Notes: generated from the letters alone by a model not told the origin. A stretch of 64,000 nucleotides of DNA from an uncultured Planctomycetia bacterium (GCA_964570585.1 CAZMYR010000002.1:7313-71312), one strand, 5' to 3'; positions 38,357 to 49,768 are shown, counted from the first letter of the stretch. A program made the numbers and translations.

Positions 38357-40095
38357 TTTTTTGGAAACGGTGCTATTCCTCTTTTATAAATATAGTAAAC
38401 AACATTATCTTCATCTTCTCTATCTTCTCTGACTACTCTGCCAGCCAAATAAAAATCTGAACGGGCCCCTTTTAGTTTTCTTAATAATAGAGACATTTCC
38501 TGATGCTCTTTATTTGAAAAACTTCTTAACTTTCCACCGTGGATTTCCTTGAATAATTCTATAAAATTTTCTCCCCCTGGCCACCTTACAGAACTACTCC
38601 TGGGTGCTTGCAATAGAATAAAATCTATAGAATCAAAATTTCTAAGAAAATATCTGTGCATCTCAGTTAAATCAATTGGCTCCAGATTATTGTTTTTTAA
38701 CCTTAACCAATATAATATCTCCAAACTTGTTCCTTGCCTGCCCTCACAATTGACGGAACCTATTTTAATGGGTTGACTCAAGGAAGCATGAGAACTTATG
38801 ATTTTAACAACTTCCTCTACCTTGAAATCCCGATAATGAGGCATAGCTTCATAATACGTGCGTCCAAATATTTTTATAGGACCCAAGGAAAATTCTCGAC
38901 AATTCCAATCACAATAGGAAAGGACGCAAAACTGAGTTAAGGAAAAGGCTATTATTATAGATAAAATAGGGATTTTTACCCACCTCTTTCTTGTGCTGCC
39001 CAGACCAAAGGCAGTTATCAGAGCTATAACTGGCAAAATAGGCATAAGAAAGCGGGGATGCTTTGCCGTAAATATTAAGCTAAACAGAAGAAAAGGAGCT
39101 ATCAACCAGAGCAAATATAGCCACTTAAATCTTAGCTTATGCTTTAAAAAAGCAACTAACGAAAAGAAAAATGGAATAAAAAGAAATATTCCTGTTGAAG
39201 TATCAGCTAATTTCCTCAGTTGCCAAGTCAAACTGTCTAAAGAATATTTTCCACCCATATCCCATAGTGGATCTAAGGCCTCTGGGCTACCAAAAATATG
39301 TTCCTTAAGACGAATTATTACTCCTGGAGTTTTATTTCCCCACCATATAGAACCAATTAATCCGGCAACAACTACAAAAAAAGCTATATTCTGCAGTTGT
39401 CTCCAACTTAAAAAAAATCTCTTGCCCAACCCTTTTGAATCTCTAAAGGCCTGGTAGATTATCCATAGGACTGGGCAGGTAATAAATAATACTATCTGCC
39501 CCTTAATTAACATTCCCCATCCTAAAGAAAGTCCTAAAAACAGGCTGTATTTGGTGTTTTTGAAATAGTTACATTTTAATAAAAATAAAATAGACAGGGT
39601 AACCATTGCAGTTAAGGGGAAATCTAAACCAAATTGTCGAGAACTTTCAAATATAAGGGGATACATAAATAATATAAAAGCTGCCAGAAGGCCTATAGCT
39701 CTTGAGTGTAACTCTTTGCCGATAAAGTAAATAGCTATAAGCAAGATTATAAGATAAGGAAATATAGCCAGCTTAGCAGATAACAAGGATTTTCCTAAAA
39801 GAAGATAAGATATAGTTGCGGTTAGGTTTAACCCATTGGGCCAGTAGACTGTGCTACACTCAGCGGGGTGGCCTATTAGTCTAAATACCTTTATTATCTT
39901 TGCCCAAAAAGCTTCATTGCCAATAAAAACAACATTAGAAAAGTCATAGAAAAAATTTATAAAGTAAAATAGATGATTTTGAGAATCTACTCCTTTTATA
40001 GAATTATCTCCCTTAACCCACATATAATTGACCATTACAGTAGTTATTATAAATAAAATTATTATTAAGGAAGCGATATTTAAAGATTTGTTCAT
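38353..40095 (-). CDS. ArnT/PMT-like GT-C glycosyltransferase (tandem paralog 2)
   Basis: Highly similar to 36620-38356; start MNKSLNI at 40095 chosen by paralogy. Confidence 0.85.
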   Translation of the reverse strand: MNKSLNIASLIIILFIITTVMVNYMWVKGDNSIKGVDSQNHLFYFINFFYDFSNVVFIGNEAFWAKIIKVFRLIGHPAECSTVYWPNGLNLTATISYLLLGKSLLSAKLAIFPYLIILLIAIYFIGKELHSRAIGLLAAFILFMYPLIFESSRQFGLDFPLTAMVTLSILFLLKCNYFKNTKYSLFLGLSLGWGMLIKGQIVLFITCPVLWIIYQAFRDSKGLGKRFFLSWRQLQNIAFFVVVAGLIGSIWWGNKTPGVIIRLKEHIFGSPEALDPLWDMGGKYSLDSLTWQLRKLADTSTGIFLFIPFFFSLVAFLKHKLRFKWLYLLWLIAPFLLFSLIFTAKHPRFLMPILPVIALITAFGLGSTRKRWVKIPILSIIIAFSLTQFCVLSYCDWNCREFSLGPIKIFGRTYYEAMPHYRDFKVEEVVKIISSHASLSQPIKIGSVNCEGRQGTSLEILYWLRLKNNNLEPIDLTEMHRYFLRNFDSIDFILLQAPRSSSVRWPGGENFIELFKEIHGGKLRSFSNKEHQEMSLLLRKLKGARSDFYLAGRVVREDREDEDNVVYYIYKRGIAPFPKK

Positions 40096-40106
40096 TTTTA
40101 GAGAAT

Positions 40107-40143
40107 GCACCGTCCCGACTTTTGGTCGGGACGGTGCTATTCT
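40107..40143. repeat. REP-like hairpin of the AGAATAGCACCGT...ACGGTGCAT family
   Basis: GCACCGTCCCGAC-TTTTG-GTCGGGACGGTGC-TATTCT; related ends at 50787-50935 and a half copy at 38367-38378. Confidence 0.65.
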
Positions 40144-40158
40144 TCTTTAGAAGAATAT

Positions 40159-41526
40159 TTATAGCCACTTATCAAACCACTGGTACGCCTCTTCGTGTAA
40201 TTTCTCCGGGAAACCATGACTCCCCTCAAAGATAATCTTCTTCAGTTTATCTTCTGCCTTAAAAATCTTATAGAGTCTTTTGACTGAATTATATACCTTT
40301 AAAGTTCCTGCGATTGGAACAGTTTCATCTTCAGTCCCATTGATAATTAAAAGGGGGCGAGGGGCAATCAAAGAAAGTACATCCTGGCAATCTGCATATT
40401 TTAATATCCCCGACAACCAGGTTGATGGGGGCTCATGGAATCTATTATTCTCAATTAAAGATTTATAGCTAGTGACATAACCAGAAACTACAGCTACCTT
40501 TATTCGTTCATCCAAAGCAGCCAAAAAGGTGGCTCTTGTCCCTCCCATTGAATAACCGATACAGGCAATCCGATTAGGGTCAACTTCATCGCGAGTCAAC
40601 AGGTAATCAACCGACCTTATATCATCCCAAATAATCATTCCCAATAAATCTCTCCCTATCCATCGGCCTAAATAATCTATCAACTCTTCGTTAGCCCCTA
40701 TCCTCTCACCAAAGCACCTGGCATCAATTGCAAAACTAATATAACCCTTCTCAGCTAATTCCTTGGCATAAAATTGACTTGGATCATTACCAGCAATGCC
40801 TATTACTTCATCTGCGCCAAAACGATATTCTCCTGCATGTTGATGAAGAGCAATAATTGCAGGGGCCGGAAGAGGAATATTCTTGGGTATTAAGATATAT
40901 CCGGGAACTGATACCCCAGGTTCGCTATCGAAAATTATCTTCTCCCTAATATATTTACCGCAATCTACCTTTTCCACTATTCGAGAATTCAAGGGGGATT
41001 TTTCCGGAGAATAACCCATTAATTCGAATATCTTTTTACGCAATTTCTTAGTATGCCTTGTCTTTTGCCTTCTGGTCTTAATTGAATTTACAGACATAAT
41101 CTGCTTGGAGTTTAATATTTGCTCCTTGATGATGTTTACCGGAAAAAATGATTTATATTCTTCCTTTTCATATTCTCGTAAACGGATATGATAGGTAATA
41201 TTATCTAACACTTGATCAACATAAGAAACAATTTGCTCTCCTCGACCGGTTTTTCTTATGTAGCTTCTTAAAGCATTTAAATCTTTTATCATCTTATGCG
41301 AATCCTCTATCGAATAAGGAACATTATTGTCACCCGATTCATACCTTTCCATAATCTCTGTGAATCGACCTAATATATCTGTCTCATCTGAAAAATAATT
41401 ATCTTCCTGAACTATCTTCTCCGTTACCTTGTTTTTAGAAATTGCATTCTTTTCTAAGAAAATATAATTAGCCATTAATAACAATGCGCCCATTACTACA
41501 ACGATTAATATCTTCTTCATGTTCAC
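40159..41526 (-). CDS. Exported alpha/beta hydrolase (dienelactone hydrolase / acetylxylan esterase-like)
   Basis: Signal or anchor; IALHQH, GYSMGG nucleophile elbow, LIAPRPLL, GTEDETVP, GSHGF. Confidence 0.85.
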   Translation of the reverse strand: MNMKKILIVVVMGALLLMANYIFLEKNAISKNKVTEKIVQEDNYFSDETDILGRFTEIMERYESGDNNVPYSIEDSHKMIKDLNALRSYIRKTGRGEQIVSYVDQVLDNITYHIRLREYEKEEYKSFFPVNIIKEQILNSKQIMSVNSIKTRRQKTRHTKKLRKKIFELMGYSPEKSPLNSRIVEKVDCGKYIREKIIFDSEPGVSVPGYILIPKNIPLPAPAIIALHQHAGEYRFGADEVIGIAGNDPSQFYAKELAEKGYISFAIDARCFGERIGANEELIDYLGRWIGRDLLGMIIWDDIRSVDYLLTRDEVDPNRIACIGYSMGGTRATFLAALDERIKVAVVSGYVTSYKSLIENNRFHEPPSTWLSGILKYADCQDVLSLIAPRPLLIINGTEDETVPIAGTLKVYNSVKRLYKIFKAEDKLKKIIFEGSHGFPEKLHEEAYQWFDKWL

Positions 41527-41554
41527 GCCCCCATAAAAGCGGTATAACTTTGCT

Positions 41555-43000
41555 TTACTTATCTATATTATCATATGCATAAATGTGAAAATAGATAATT
41601 AGGTAAGCAAAACTTAAACCACATTTCAATCCACGAAACATATAGACGAATAAATATAAGAAATATTTAAGCCTCTGTCTCTTTAGTATCCTCGACAGCC
41701 TTCGCCCAAAGGTAAAAAAGTAGGCCTTTATCTGGTACCACTCCGCCTGTCTCGGTGATAAGTCTTTGTTATATATAACCGCATCAAAAGTGATATTATC
41801 AGTCATTCGCCATCTCTTCTCATCTATCCGCCCTCCACAATCATGAATCTGTCTAATCCCTTCTTGGGTGAAAGGCTTATAGATAAAGAAGGCGGATCTT
41901 TCCCCATCGAGTTCCAAGGCAAAGTTTATTGTTCTTTGGAGCGTCCTTGGCGACTCACAAGGACCGCCAAGCATATAGTAGGCAGTAATATTAATGCCAG
42001 CTTTATGTAATAATTTAAATATCTTACGAACCTTATTATCAGAAATTCTCTTTTTGTAAATTTCACTTCGGATAAATTGGTCTCCAGCTTCAACGCCCAC
42101 TCTGATTACTGCACAGCCAGATTTCGCTAATATTTTTATCTTACGTTCGTCTAAATGGTCTATCCTTGAGAAAACACTAAACTTAAGTTTCCTATGTAAG
42201 CCTTGCCTTCTATATTCATCACAAAATGCTTGTACCCAGTCATAATCCATAGTGAAGACAGGATCGAATAACTGGGCTAATCGGAGGTCTCTACTTTTAT
42301 ATTTCTCCCATTGAAAAGCTATTTCTTGTGCATATTTTATCGAATCACGAATACGAAAATAACGCCCTTTAACTGCCTTAGCTATCCCATGGGCATCGCA
42401 AAAGGTGCATTTGTAAGGACAGCCTCTGCTCCCTATTATATAAAGCATTCCTAAATGATAAAAATATTTATCTAAATCGCTCCATAAATCCCAATCGGGA
42501 ACGGGCAAATCATCGAGATTCTCACGAAAATAACCAATGGGGTTTTTTACTATTTTTTCATTTTCCTTCGTCCAGATTCCTGTAATGCCTGAAATACTTT
42601 TCCCTTCTGAAAGATGATCAAGATATTTTCTGAGGGGCCCCTCTCCATCACCTATACATACTGCATCGCATTCAGGAATCTTAAGAGTATCCTCAGGGTA
42701 TATAGAGGCATGATGCCCACCCAAGATAACGGGCAAACCGAAAGTGGATTTTATTTCCTTCATTATTTTCTTTACGTATTGCATATACATAGTATTACAG
42801 GAAATTCCTATGATATCCGGCTTTTTTTCTTTTATCTCTCTTCTTAATGTATCTTGCCAGTGTCTTCTATGAAAGGTTAAATCTATAATATTGGCCGAAT
42901 GGTTCGTTCGCTCATTAAGATATGTTGCCAGTGAGGTTATGGCTATATCCAGGGCACTAAAATCTCCTCCTAAACAAGAATTTATAAAGGTTAAGCGCAT
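41555..43000 (-). CDS. Cobalamin-dependent radical SAM enzyme
   Basis: LGGHHAS, IGDGE, SRGCPYKCTFC, GVEAG. Confidence 0.9.
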   Translation of the reverse strand: MRLTFINSCLGGDFSALDIAITSLATYLNERTNHSANIIDLTFHRRHWQDTLRREIKEKKPDIIGISCNTMYMQYVKKIMKEIKSTFGLPVILGGHHASIYPEDTLKIPECDAVCIGDGEGPLRKYLDHLSEGKSISGITGIWTKENEKIVKNPIGYFRENLDDLPVPDWDLWSDLDKYFYHLGMLYIIGSRGCPYKCTFCDAHGIAKAVKGRYFRIRDSIKYAQEIAFQWEKYKSRDLRLAQLFDPVFTMDYDWVQAFCDEYRRQGLHRKLKFSVFSRIDHLDERKIKILAKSGCAVIRVGVEAGDQFIRSEIYKKRISDNKVRKIFKLLHKAGINITAYYMLGGPCESPRTLQRTINFALELDGERSAFFIYKPFTQEGIRQIHDCGGRIDEKRWRMTDNITFDAVIYNKDLSPRQAEWYQIKAYFFTFGRRLSRILKRQRLKYFLYLFVYMFRGLKCGLSFAYLIIYFHIYAYDNIDK

Positions 43001-43001
43001 T

Positions 43002-44381
43002 TTAGAAAAACCTCCTCATCTTAATATATAACCTAACAATGCCCGTTAGGGAGAGAAAATGTTTGAGAAGGTATATCCATCGCCGGGGGTGAAGATAAAA
43101 CAAGAATAGGGCTTTTCTTTGAAAATGCACTAACCTCTTGGCTTTAAAATTTCCCCCTGAATAGGGAACTTTTCTATAATAATCAAAGTCGGAATAATTA
43201 TCACTCAAGTTATATTTCTCATTATCCCTTACCATATCGTATAATCGTGTACCAGGAAAAGGTACAACAATGGAAAAACTCGCCTCACTAAGGCCTGAAG
43301 ACACAGCCAGCTTTATGGTTTTGCCAATTTCCTCTTCTGTCTCAGTAGGCGCACCCAGCATAAAAAATCCACCGGTATGGATACCTATCTTTTTAGCTGT
43401 TTTAATTATTTTATTAACCTTATCTAATCTAATTCCTTTCTGATATACTTCATTCAATATCCGCTGAGAGCCAGATTCGATACCGAAATGAATACTTCTT
43501 GCACCAACCTCATACATTCGGTGCATCAATTTTTCATCCATACCACTAATTCGACTATTACAACCCCAGAGAATCTTAATCTTTTCCTTATCCAGAATAT
43601 CAAAAAATCGATACGCCCACTTTCTGTCTATTCCAAATGTATCATCATGAAAAAAAAATTTATTCACTTTAAATTTATCTATATAATGTGCTATTTCTTT
43701 TACCAGATATTCCGGGCTTTTATATCTGGCCCGATCACCGAATATCTTTTTTAAGGTTGGCTGGCAAAAAGAACAATTAAAAGCACACCCCCTGGAAGCT
43801 ATTATATTGATGCCTCTTGACCGGGGGGTTACACTATCGAGATAATGCCAGTAGTTAAAATATTTATTCATATCAACAAGATCCAGCGCAGGAAACTCTA
43901 AAGAATCCAAATTAGATATAGGCTCCCTTGAAGGATTCTTCCTTATATGATAATTGTTCTTATGCCAGATTCCTTTAATTTGAGATTGGGCATCCGATGG
44001 TAATGCTTCTATTAGTTCAGCCATAGTCTTTTCTCCTTCACCAATAACTACTATATCAACATCGTCAATAATAGACTCCGGACAGACAGTAGCATGAGGA
44101 CCACCGCCAACTACAATTGCTCCCATTCCTTTCGCTATTCGTGCAATATTCTTCCCATTATTATACATAAGAGTATCAAAATAAATTCCTGCCAGCTCAG
44201 GTTTTTTTGCCTGTAAATAGGCTGAGACATAACTAAAAGAGGGATGAAATGTAGTATCTAAAATTGAAACTTCTACATCTAATCTATTTCTTAAATAAGA
44301 AGCGATATAACAGAGCCCCAGGGGCGGGTCCCCTGATTTATATTTGAACCTGGGAAAAACTAAGCATATTTTTCTAATCAA
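43002..44381 (-). CDS. Cobalamin-dependent radical SAM enzyme
   Basis: PPLGL, GGPHAT, GEGE, SRGCAFNCSFC, GIESGS, PFPGT. Confidence 0.92.
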   Translation of the reverse strand: MIRKICLVFPRFKYKSGDPPLGLCYIASYLRNRLDVEVSILDTTFHPSFSYVSAYLQAKKPELAGIYFDTLMYNNGKNIARIAKGMGAIVVGGGPHATVCPESIIDDVDIVVIGEGEKTMAELIEALPSDAQSQIKGIWHKNNYHIRKNPSREPISNLDSLEFPALDLVDMNKYFNYWHYLDSVTPRSRGINIIASRGCAFNCSFCQPTLKKIFGDRARYKSPEYLVKEIAHYIDKFKVNKFFFHDDTFGIDRKWAYRFFDILDKEKIKILWGCNSRISGMDEKLMHRMYEVGARSIHFGIESGSQRILNEVYQKGIRLDKVNKIIKTAKKIGIHTGGFFMLGAPTETEEEIGKTIKLAVSSGLSEASFSIVVPFPGTRLYDMVRDNEKYNLSDNYSDFDYYRKVPYSGGNFKAKRLVHFQRKALFLFYLHPRRWIYLLKHFLSLTGIVRLYIKMRRFF

Positions 44382-46306
44382 AATTTAGTCCATATATCCT
44401 TATTGTGAAATCCAGCTAAAAATACCTTCCTGTATTCTTTTTCATCAATCATCTTTAAGTAACTGTCCACAATTTTAACATCATAAAATCCATCATCTGT
44501 AATATACGGAGAATATGGCTTAGCAAACTCCTTGGCAAGACCCTCTCCTACTCCCTGGAAAAAATATCTTTTATAATCATCTCTCACAAAAGAACTAATC
44601 TTTTTAATCATTTTCTTATCTCTTTGGAAATCAAATTCTTCTTCATGCGTATATTTATCTGAATTTGAACGTGGATTATAGATAAGTTTAACAAGGCCTT
44701 CCCCTAAACCTACATAGCAAAATTTCCAATATTTTTTATCTATTTTTTCTATTATTGATAAAACCTCTTTTATATCACCATTCAATTTTAAAAAATCCCC
44801 ATTTATATACCCTTGATACAAATATCTCAACTTGTTTATATTATCACTACTAAGATATTCGAAATCCTTTTGAATTGAATCAACATTTTTGGTGTCAGCA
44901 TAGTAAGCCCCTGCGGTATGGCAGACATTGATATTTAATTTATCGCACATAAGCTTATGCACTGATATTGGCTTCTTAACCAGTAATTCAATTGTATCTT
45001 TTTCCTCATAAAAATAGATGTAATGTTTATAAAAATCCTTCATGGAAGCGGTTGTAAAATTATGATATTGATAAATAATCCCCGGGGATAAGGCAAAAAT
45101 CAATAAAAAAATGGAAATATATCTATTCTTCTTCCATGCCTCACTTAAAAAGATTACTATTAGTAAAATAATATTCAAGAATAGAGGTAAATAATACTTG
45201 TAATTATGCATTTCCCTTTCGTTAAAACAAAATATAAATATATAGATAAAGAGATGGACTAGAAGAAAGATTGTAATATATTTTCTAATTGGAATAGCAT
45301 GCTTTCTTGTCAGGGAAAAAGCATTGCAGATTATTTTCTTCAAGTTTCCTTTATTAATCCAACATAATGATACGCAAGAAGTAATGAATACTAATCGGAG
45401 CATCTCTAAGGAAATTCTTGATAAGGTAGTTAAATTATAAAAATATGACCTCAAAGGTTGAGTAAATAATTCACTAAAATGGCCTTTCGAAAATGCAAAT
45501 ACATTAGGGGTAATCTTAAAAAAAAGAAGGATAAATCGAGCTGGTATTGAAAAAATATTGCCAGATATAATTATATTTTTTCTTGGCAACGTGGCTACGT
45601 TATAAAAATTACGATACCAAGGACTCCCAAATTCCAAAAAATTGCCAGCTATTATTACACAAATAATTACTATTGCATATTTATAAATAAAAGAGGGGCT
45701 CTTTATATCTATATCCAATAATAAAAATAATCCAAAGACAAAAAAAGTTACTAAAAATGCGGGATAAAAATATACTCCTAGGCCACAGGTTATTCCAAAA
45801 AGCAGATAATTCAAAATCCTTTTTTTTTCTTTAATTTTAGAAAAAAGGTATAAACTCAAGATAAAGAAAAGATTTAAATGAAAGTGTCTGCCTTCACCCG
45901 CACCCGAATGTGCTGTAAGCATTCCTGGGGTAATGACAAATAAAAAAGAGGCGAATATCGCTATTTTTGAATCAAAATATTTATTACAAAACTTATAAAG
46001 TAGGAGGTATGTTAAAATAAGAAAGATAATGCTTGCTAACCTTAAGGAAAAATAAGACTTTCCAAACAGTAAAATGAAGGGGACAGCAGTGATGCTATAT
46101 AGGAAATGCCCTCCTCCTGCATAAGGTGTGTTTATCTGAAAGAGAAAAGGAGAAGGAAAAATACCATTAGCTATATGGGTGCTAATAAATAGATTATATT
46201 TAGCCGCAGTATCTATAAAATAAGGGGTATTGATTATTTTTATTACTCTACTGGCTACTAAAATGACTAATAAAAAATAAAATAAAAATTTTGCCCTATT
46301 TCTCAT
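44378..46306 (-). CDS. ArnT/PMT-like GT-C membrane protein
   Basis: Multi-TM with LFGKSYFSLR, GITCGLG, KYYLPL; soluble C-terminal domain. Confidence 0.7.
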   Translation of the reverse strand: MRNRAKFLFYFLLVILVASRVIKIINTPYFIDTAAKYNLFISTHIANGIFPSPFLFQINTPYAGGGHFLYSITAVPFILLFGKSYFSLRLASIIFLILTYLLLYKFCNKYFDSKIAIFASFLFVITPGMLTAHSGAGEGRHFHLNLFFILSLYLFSKIKEKKRILNYLLFGITCGLGVYFYPAFLVTFFVFGLFLLLDIDIKSPSFIYKYAIVIICVIIAGNFLEFGSPWYRNFYNVATLPRKNIIISGNIFSIPARFILLFFKITPNVFAFSKGHFSELFTQPLRSYFYNLTTLSRISLEMLRLVFITSCVSLCWINKGNLKKIICNAFSLTRKHAIPIRKYITIFLLVHLFIYIFIFCFNEREMHNYKYYLPLFLNIILLIVIFLSEAWKKNRYISIFLLIFALSPGIIYQYHNFTTASMKDFYKHYIYFYEEKDTIELLVKKPISVHKLMCDKLNINVCHTAGAYYADTKNVDSIQKDFEYLSSDNINKLRYLYQGYINGDFLKLNGDIKEVLSIIEKIDKKYWKFCYVGLGEGLVKLIYNPRSNSDKYTHEEEFDFQRDKKMIKKISSFVRDDYKRYFFQGVGEGLAKEFAKPYSPYITDDGFYDVKIVDSYLKMIDEKEYRKVFLAGFHNKDIWTKF

Positions 46307-46347
46307 TCTTCTTTATCTTTGATAAACCAAATCCATCCTCAATTATG

Positions 46348-47055
46348 CTACTGTGCATTAACCCATAATCTTGGCAGCTCCAAAATGGCTTTACAAGTTC
46401 CGCTGAATCCCAATTTAGATCTACCCTCTCTGCGTTTCACAAACACGATTGGAACCTCAGTAAAACTACAGCCCAAACTCAGACAGCGGCTTAACATCTC
46501 TATTTGGAATAAATAGCCATGAGATTTAATGGTATCAAATTGTATGTTAGCTAAAACATCCTTCTTGAAACAGCGAAAGCCGCCGGTGCAATCTTTTATA
46601 CCCGGTCTTAACCAAAGGCGAACAAAAAGATTGGCGATGGAGGTGAGAATTTTTCTCCTTAACTTCCGATTAACTACCCTAGCGCCAGGGACATATCTTG
46701 AGCCAATACTGATGTCTTTATCTTTGGCTGCCTCAAGCAAACTACCCAGATATCTGGGGTGATGTGAAAAATCGGCATCCATCTGAATAATCAGTTGGTA
46801 TGATGGAGAACAGGATAAGATATACCTAAAACTGGTCAGATAAGCTCCTCCCAGACCATCTTTTTCTGGCCGATGTATAACCTTTATCTTATTTGACCTT
46901 TTAGCTAATCTATCCAACACTTCCCCGGTCCCATCAGGAGAGTTATCGTCTACAACTAAAATGTCAAATTCTGGCTGAAAATAAAAAATCTGTGAAATTA
47001 ATTCCTCGATATTCTGCACTTCGTTATAGGTTGGAATCACTACTACTGTTTTCAT
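46348..47055 (-). CDS. Polyprenol monophosphosugar synthase (Ppm1/DPM1-like GT2)
   Basis: IPTYNE, VDDNSPDGTG, QMDADFSHHP, IGSRYVPG, DCTGGFR, GYLFQIEM. Confidence 0.92.
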   Translation of the reverse strand: MKTVVVIPTYNEVQNIEELISQIFYFQPEFDILVVDDNSPDGTGEVLDRLAKRSNKIKVIHRPEKDGLGGAYLTSFRYILSCSPSYQLIIQMDADFSHHPRYLGSLLEAAKDKDISIGSRYVPGARVVNRKLRRKILTSIANLFVRLWLRPGIKDCTGGFRCFKKDVLANIQFDTIKSHGYLFQIEMLSRCLSLGCSFTEVPIVFVKRREGRSKLGFSGTCKAILELPRLWVNAQ

Positions 47056-48314
47056 TGTTTACCGACAAGCCTCTTTAAACAATCAGCAATATAAAGCATA
47101 TGTCTTTCTTTGAGGGGGGGATGGATAGGTAGATAAAGATTATCCATGAATAGGGCATCGCTTATAGGGCAATCTGTCTTAAATCTTCGAAATTCCTCCA
47201 AAACAGAGCAAGATTTAACGTAACCTTCAGTGACGTCAATCCCTCGCTTCAATAACTTTTTTATTATCCGTTTTTTGTTTTTAACTTGAATAACATAATT
47301 AAGATAAATACTTTTTATATAAGGCAGAGTATGAGGAATCTTAAGACCGGAATCTTTAAGCACATTGGTTAAAATCTTGGCATTTTCTATTCTCATATTA
47401 TTATACTTATCTAATTCTTCTAATTGCTTTAACCCAATTGCTGCCTGAAGATTGGTAAATTTAACCCGATATTTTTCTGGTAGAGTAGTTTGATTTAAAT
47501 TAAGCTCCTTTTTACCCTCTAACAAATTGTATAGTAAATTGTCGTTAACCAAATTCAAAAGGCGAATTATTGGAAAAACAAAAATAGTAAATGGTAGGGG
47601 ATAAGTAAAAAAAGAAAGGATTGAAGCAGAAATCAGTCGTTTTATCAACTCACTACCTTTAGGATATTTAAAGGCGCTAATTTCCTTTCTAATCTTATCT
47701 GTCAAATCACTATTGTTTGTTATGATCGCACCTCCTCCCAGAGTATTTAGATTCTTCGTTAGACTAAAGCTAAAATAAGAAAGATGGCCGAATGAACCAA
47801 CTTTTTTCCCTTTATACTCAGCACCGCAGGCTTGAGCGCAATCTTCTATAATCTTCAAACTATATTTTCTTGCTACCTTTAAAATTAAATCAATATCACA
47901 GGGTTGCCCATAGATATGAGTTAAAAGCAAAAACTTCGTTTTTGGTGAAACCCTTTCCTCAATTAGGTGAGGATTCATATTATATGTTCCCGGGTCAATA
48001 TCCACAAACACCGGTTTTGCTCCATAATAAACGATTATAGCAACGACCTCAGGAACAGTGTACGCAGAAAGTATAATCTCCTCACCCTTCTTAATATCCA
48101 GCGCTTTTAAGCAAAGGTACAACGATACTGTGCCCGAGGAAGTAGCAATAGCATACTTGGCGCCGATATACTTAGCAAACTCATCCTCAAACTTGGGTAG
48201 AGCTCCCCCCCCAAATACTTTCCTTGCTATAATGACAGAAAATGCTTCTCTGAATGCCAAAGAGGAAAAATGCACTTTTCCTCGAGGTATTTTGATTAAA
48301 AATGGAGTTGCCAT
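47052..48314 (-). CDS. DegT/DnrJ/EryC1/StrS PLP aminotransferase
   Basis: SSGT, IIEDCAQACG, FSFSLTKNL (PLP Lys), LPIHP. Confidence 0.92.
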   Translation of the reverse strand: MATPFLIKIPRGKVHFSSLAFREAFSVIIARKVFGGGALPKFEDEFAKYIGAKYAIATSSGTVSLYLCLKALDIKKGEEIILSAYTVPEVVAIIVYYGAKPVFVDIDPGTYNMNPHLIEERVSPKTKFLLLTHIYGQPCDIDLILKVARKYSLKIIEDCAQACGAEYKGKKVGSFGHLSYFSFSLTKNLNTLGGGAIITNNSDLTDKIRKEISAFKYPKGSELIKRLISASILSFFTYPLPFTIFVFPIIRLLNLVNDNLLYNLLEGKKELNLNQTTLPEKYRVKFTNLQAAIGLKQLEELDKYNNMRIENAKILTNVLKDSGLKIPHTLPYIKSIYLNYVIQVKNKKRIIKKLLKRGIDVTEGYVKSCSVLEEFRRFKTDCPISDALFMDNLYLPIHPPLKERHMLYIADCLKRLVGKQ

Positions 48315-48316
48315 AT

Positions 48317-49747
48317 CTATTTATTTTTAATTGGGTTATAAAATACAAATTTTAAAAATGAGATTAGACCCTTAAATAAGTATCTAAAATAATGGAGATT
48401 TAGGCTCATCTTCATATATTTCCATAAAATCCTTGGCCTCAAATAGAACCTCCGAGTTATAAGCTGAATAAAGTACTCTATTTGCCTCTGCGACAATCCA
48501 TAAGGAACAAAAACGTAATTGTGTTCATTGAGAAGTCTCCAATTTCGATTAAATCTACCGTATCTATCTGCTCTTTGATAATCTAAGGTGCCGGGGAAAG
48601 GGGTGAAAGAATTCACAGTAAGAAGATCTAAATCTAATTTCAATATACGTTCCAATGTTTTATGAATGCTTTGAATTGTCTCAATAGGTGTTCCTACCAT
48701 AATATAGCCCTTAGAAATAATACCTGCTTGCTTGGTCCATTTTAATGCCTTAGCGATCATTTCAAGGTTAATATCCTTCTGCAAAAAATCCAATACTTGT
48801 TGAGAACAGCTCTCTATTCCATAGGCAATTCCCCAGCAACCTGCTTTTTTCATCAGATGAAGGAGTGGAAGTTTTGCCATGTTCACCCGGAGATTGCAGG
48901 ACCAAACTAAATTAAGTTTTTCTTTAATCAACATCTCGCATAACTTAACCAATCGCCTTCGATTTATTCCAAACGTACCATCATATATAGCCAAATCTCT
49001 GATACCGTATCTATAGTAAAGCGCTCTTATCATTTCCATTACATACTCAGCACTATGCTCTCTATAACATCTCCCCCATATCCCTTGGCTGCAAAAAGAA
49101 CAACGACCAGGACAGCCCCTGGAAGTAATCAAAGAGGTACAGGGAAGTTTCTTAAATCCAAAAGCTGAAGGCCGGTAGTATTTTTTTAAATCCGGGTATA
49201 AATCCCAAGCAGGAAAAAGCAAGGTATCCAGATTTTTAATAAGTGAGTGCGGGGGTGTCTTAACTATTTTGTCCTTATCTTTGTAAACTATTCCATTTAT
49301 ACTGCTTAAATCCCTGTTATTCTGAAGTGCATTTAACAACTCAACAAGCGTTACCTCCCCCTCTCCTATTATGCCTATATCAAATTGAGGGAACAAATTC
49401 ATTGTCTCTTCAGGTAAGGCACTTAAATGGGCGCCGCCTAAAATAATATACAGCTTATTATTCCTTAGTTTTAATACTCTTGCCACTTCAGCCGCAGAAT
49501 AAATTGACATAGTAACTGCAGTTATTCCGACATAGTTTGGTTGAAAAGAAAGAATACGGTCAATTGTTTGTTCAATATTTAATCTAAGTACCTCGCAATC
49601 TAAAATCTTAACCTCAAAACCTTCTTTCCTTAACGCGGAAGCTAAAAAGCCAAGGCCAAGCGGTGGCATGTAGACCCCAGCCTCAGCTAGCTCTCCATAA
49701 CGCTCTTTCCCGCTTAAAGGAGGGTTTACGAGAATTATTTTTGACAT
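48317..49747 (-). CDS. Cobalamin-dependent radical SAM enzyme
   Basis: LVNPP, PPLGL, GGAH, GEGE, SRGCPGRCSFC, TPFPGT. Confidence 0.92.
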   Translation of the reverse strand: MSKIILVNPPLSGKERYGELAEAGVYMPPLGLGFLASALRKEGFEVKILDCEVLRLNIEQTIDRILSFQPNYVGITAVTMSIYSAAEVARVLKLRNNKLYIILGGAHLSALPEETMNLFPQFDIGIIGEGEVTLVELLNALQNNRDLSSINGIVYKDKDKIVKTPPHSLIKNLDTLLFPAWDLYPDLKKYYRPSAFGFKKLPCTSLITSRGCPGRCSFCSQGIWGRCYREHSAEYVMEMIRALYYRYGIRDLAIYDGTFGINRRRLVKLCEMLIKEKLNLVWSCNLRVNMAKLPLLHLMKKAGCWGIAYGIESCSQQVLDFLQKDINLEMIAKALKWTKQAGIISKGYIMVGTPIETIQSIHKTLERILKLDLDLLTVNSFTPFPGTLDYQRADRYGRFNRNWRLLNEHNYVFVPYGLSQRQIEYFIQLITRRFYLRPRILWKYMKMSLNLHYFRYLFKGLISFLKFVFYNPIKNK

Positions 49748-49768
49748 GCTTTTAAAATTTTAAGGTTC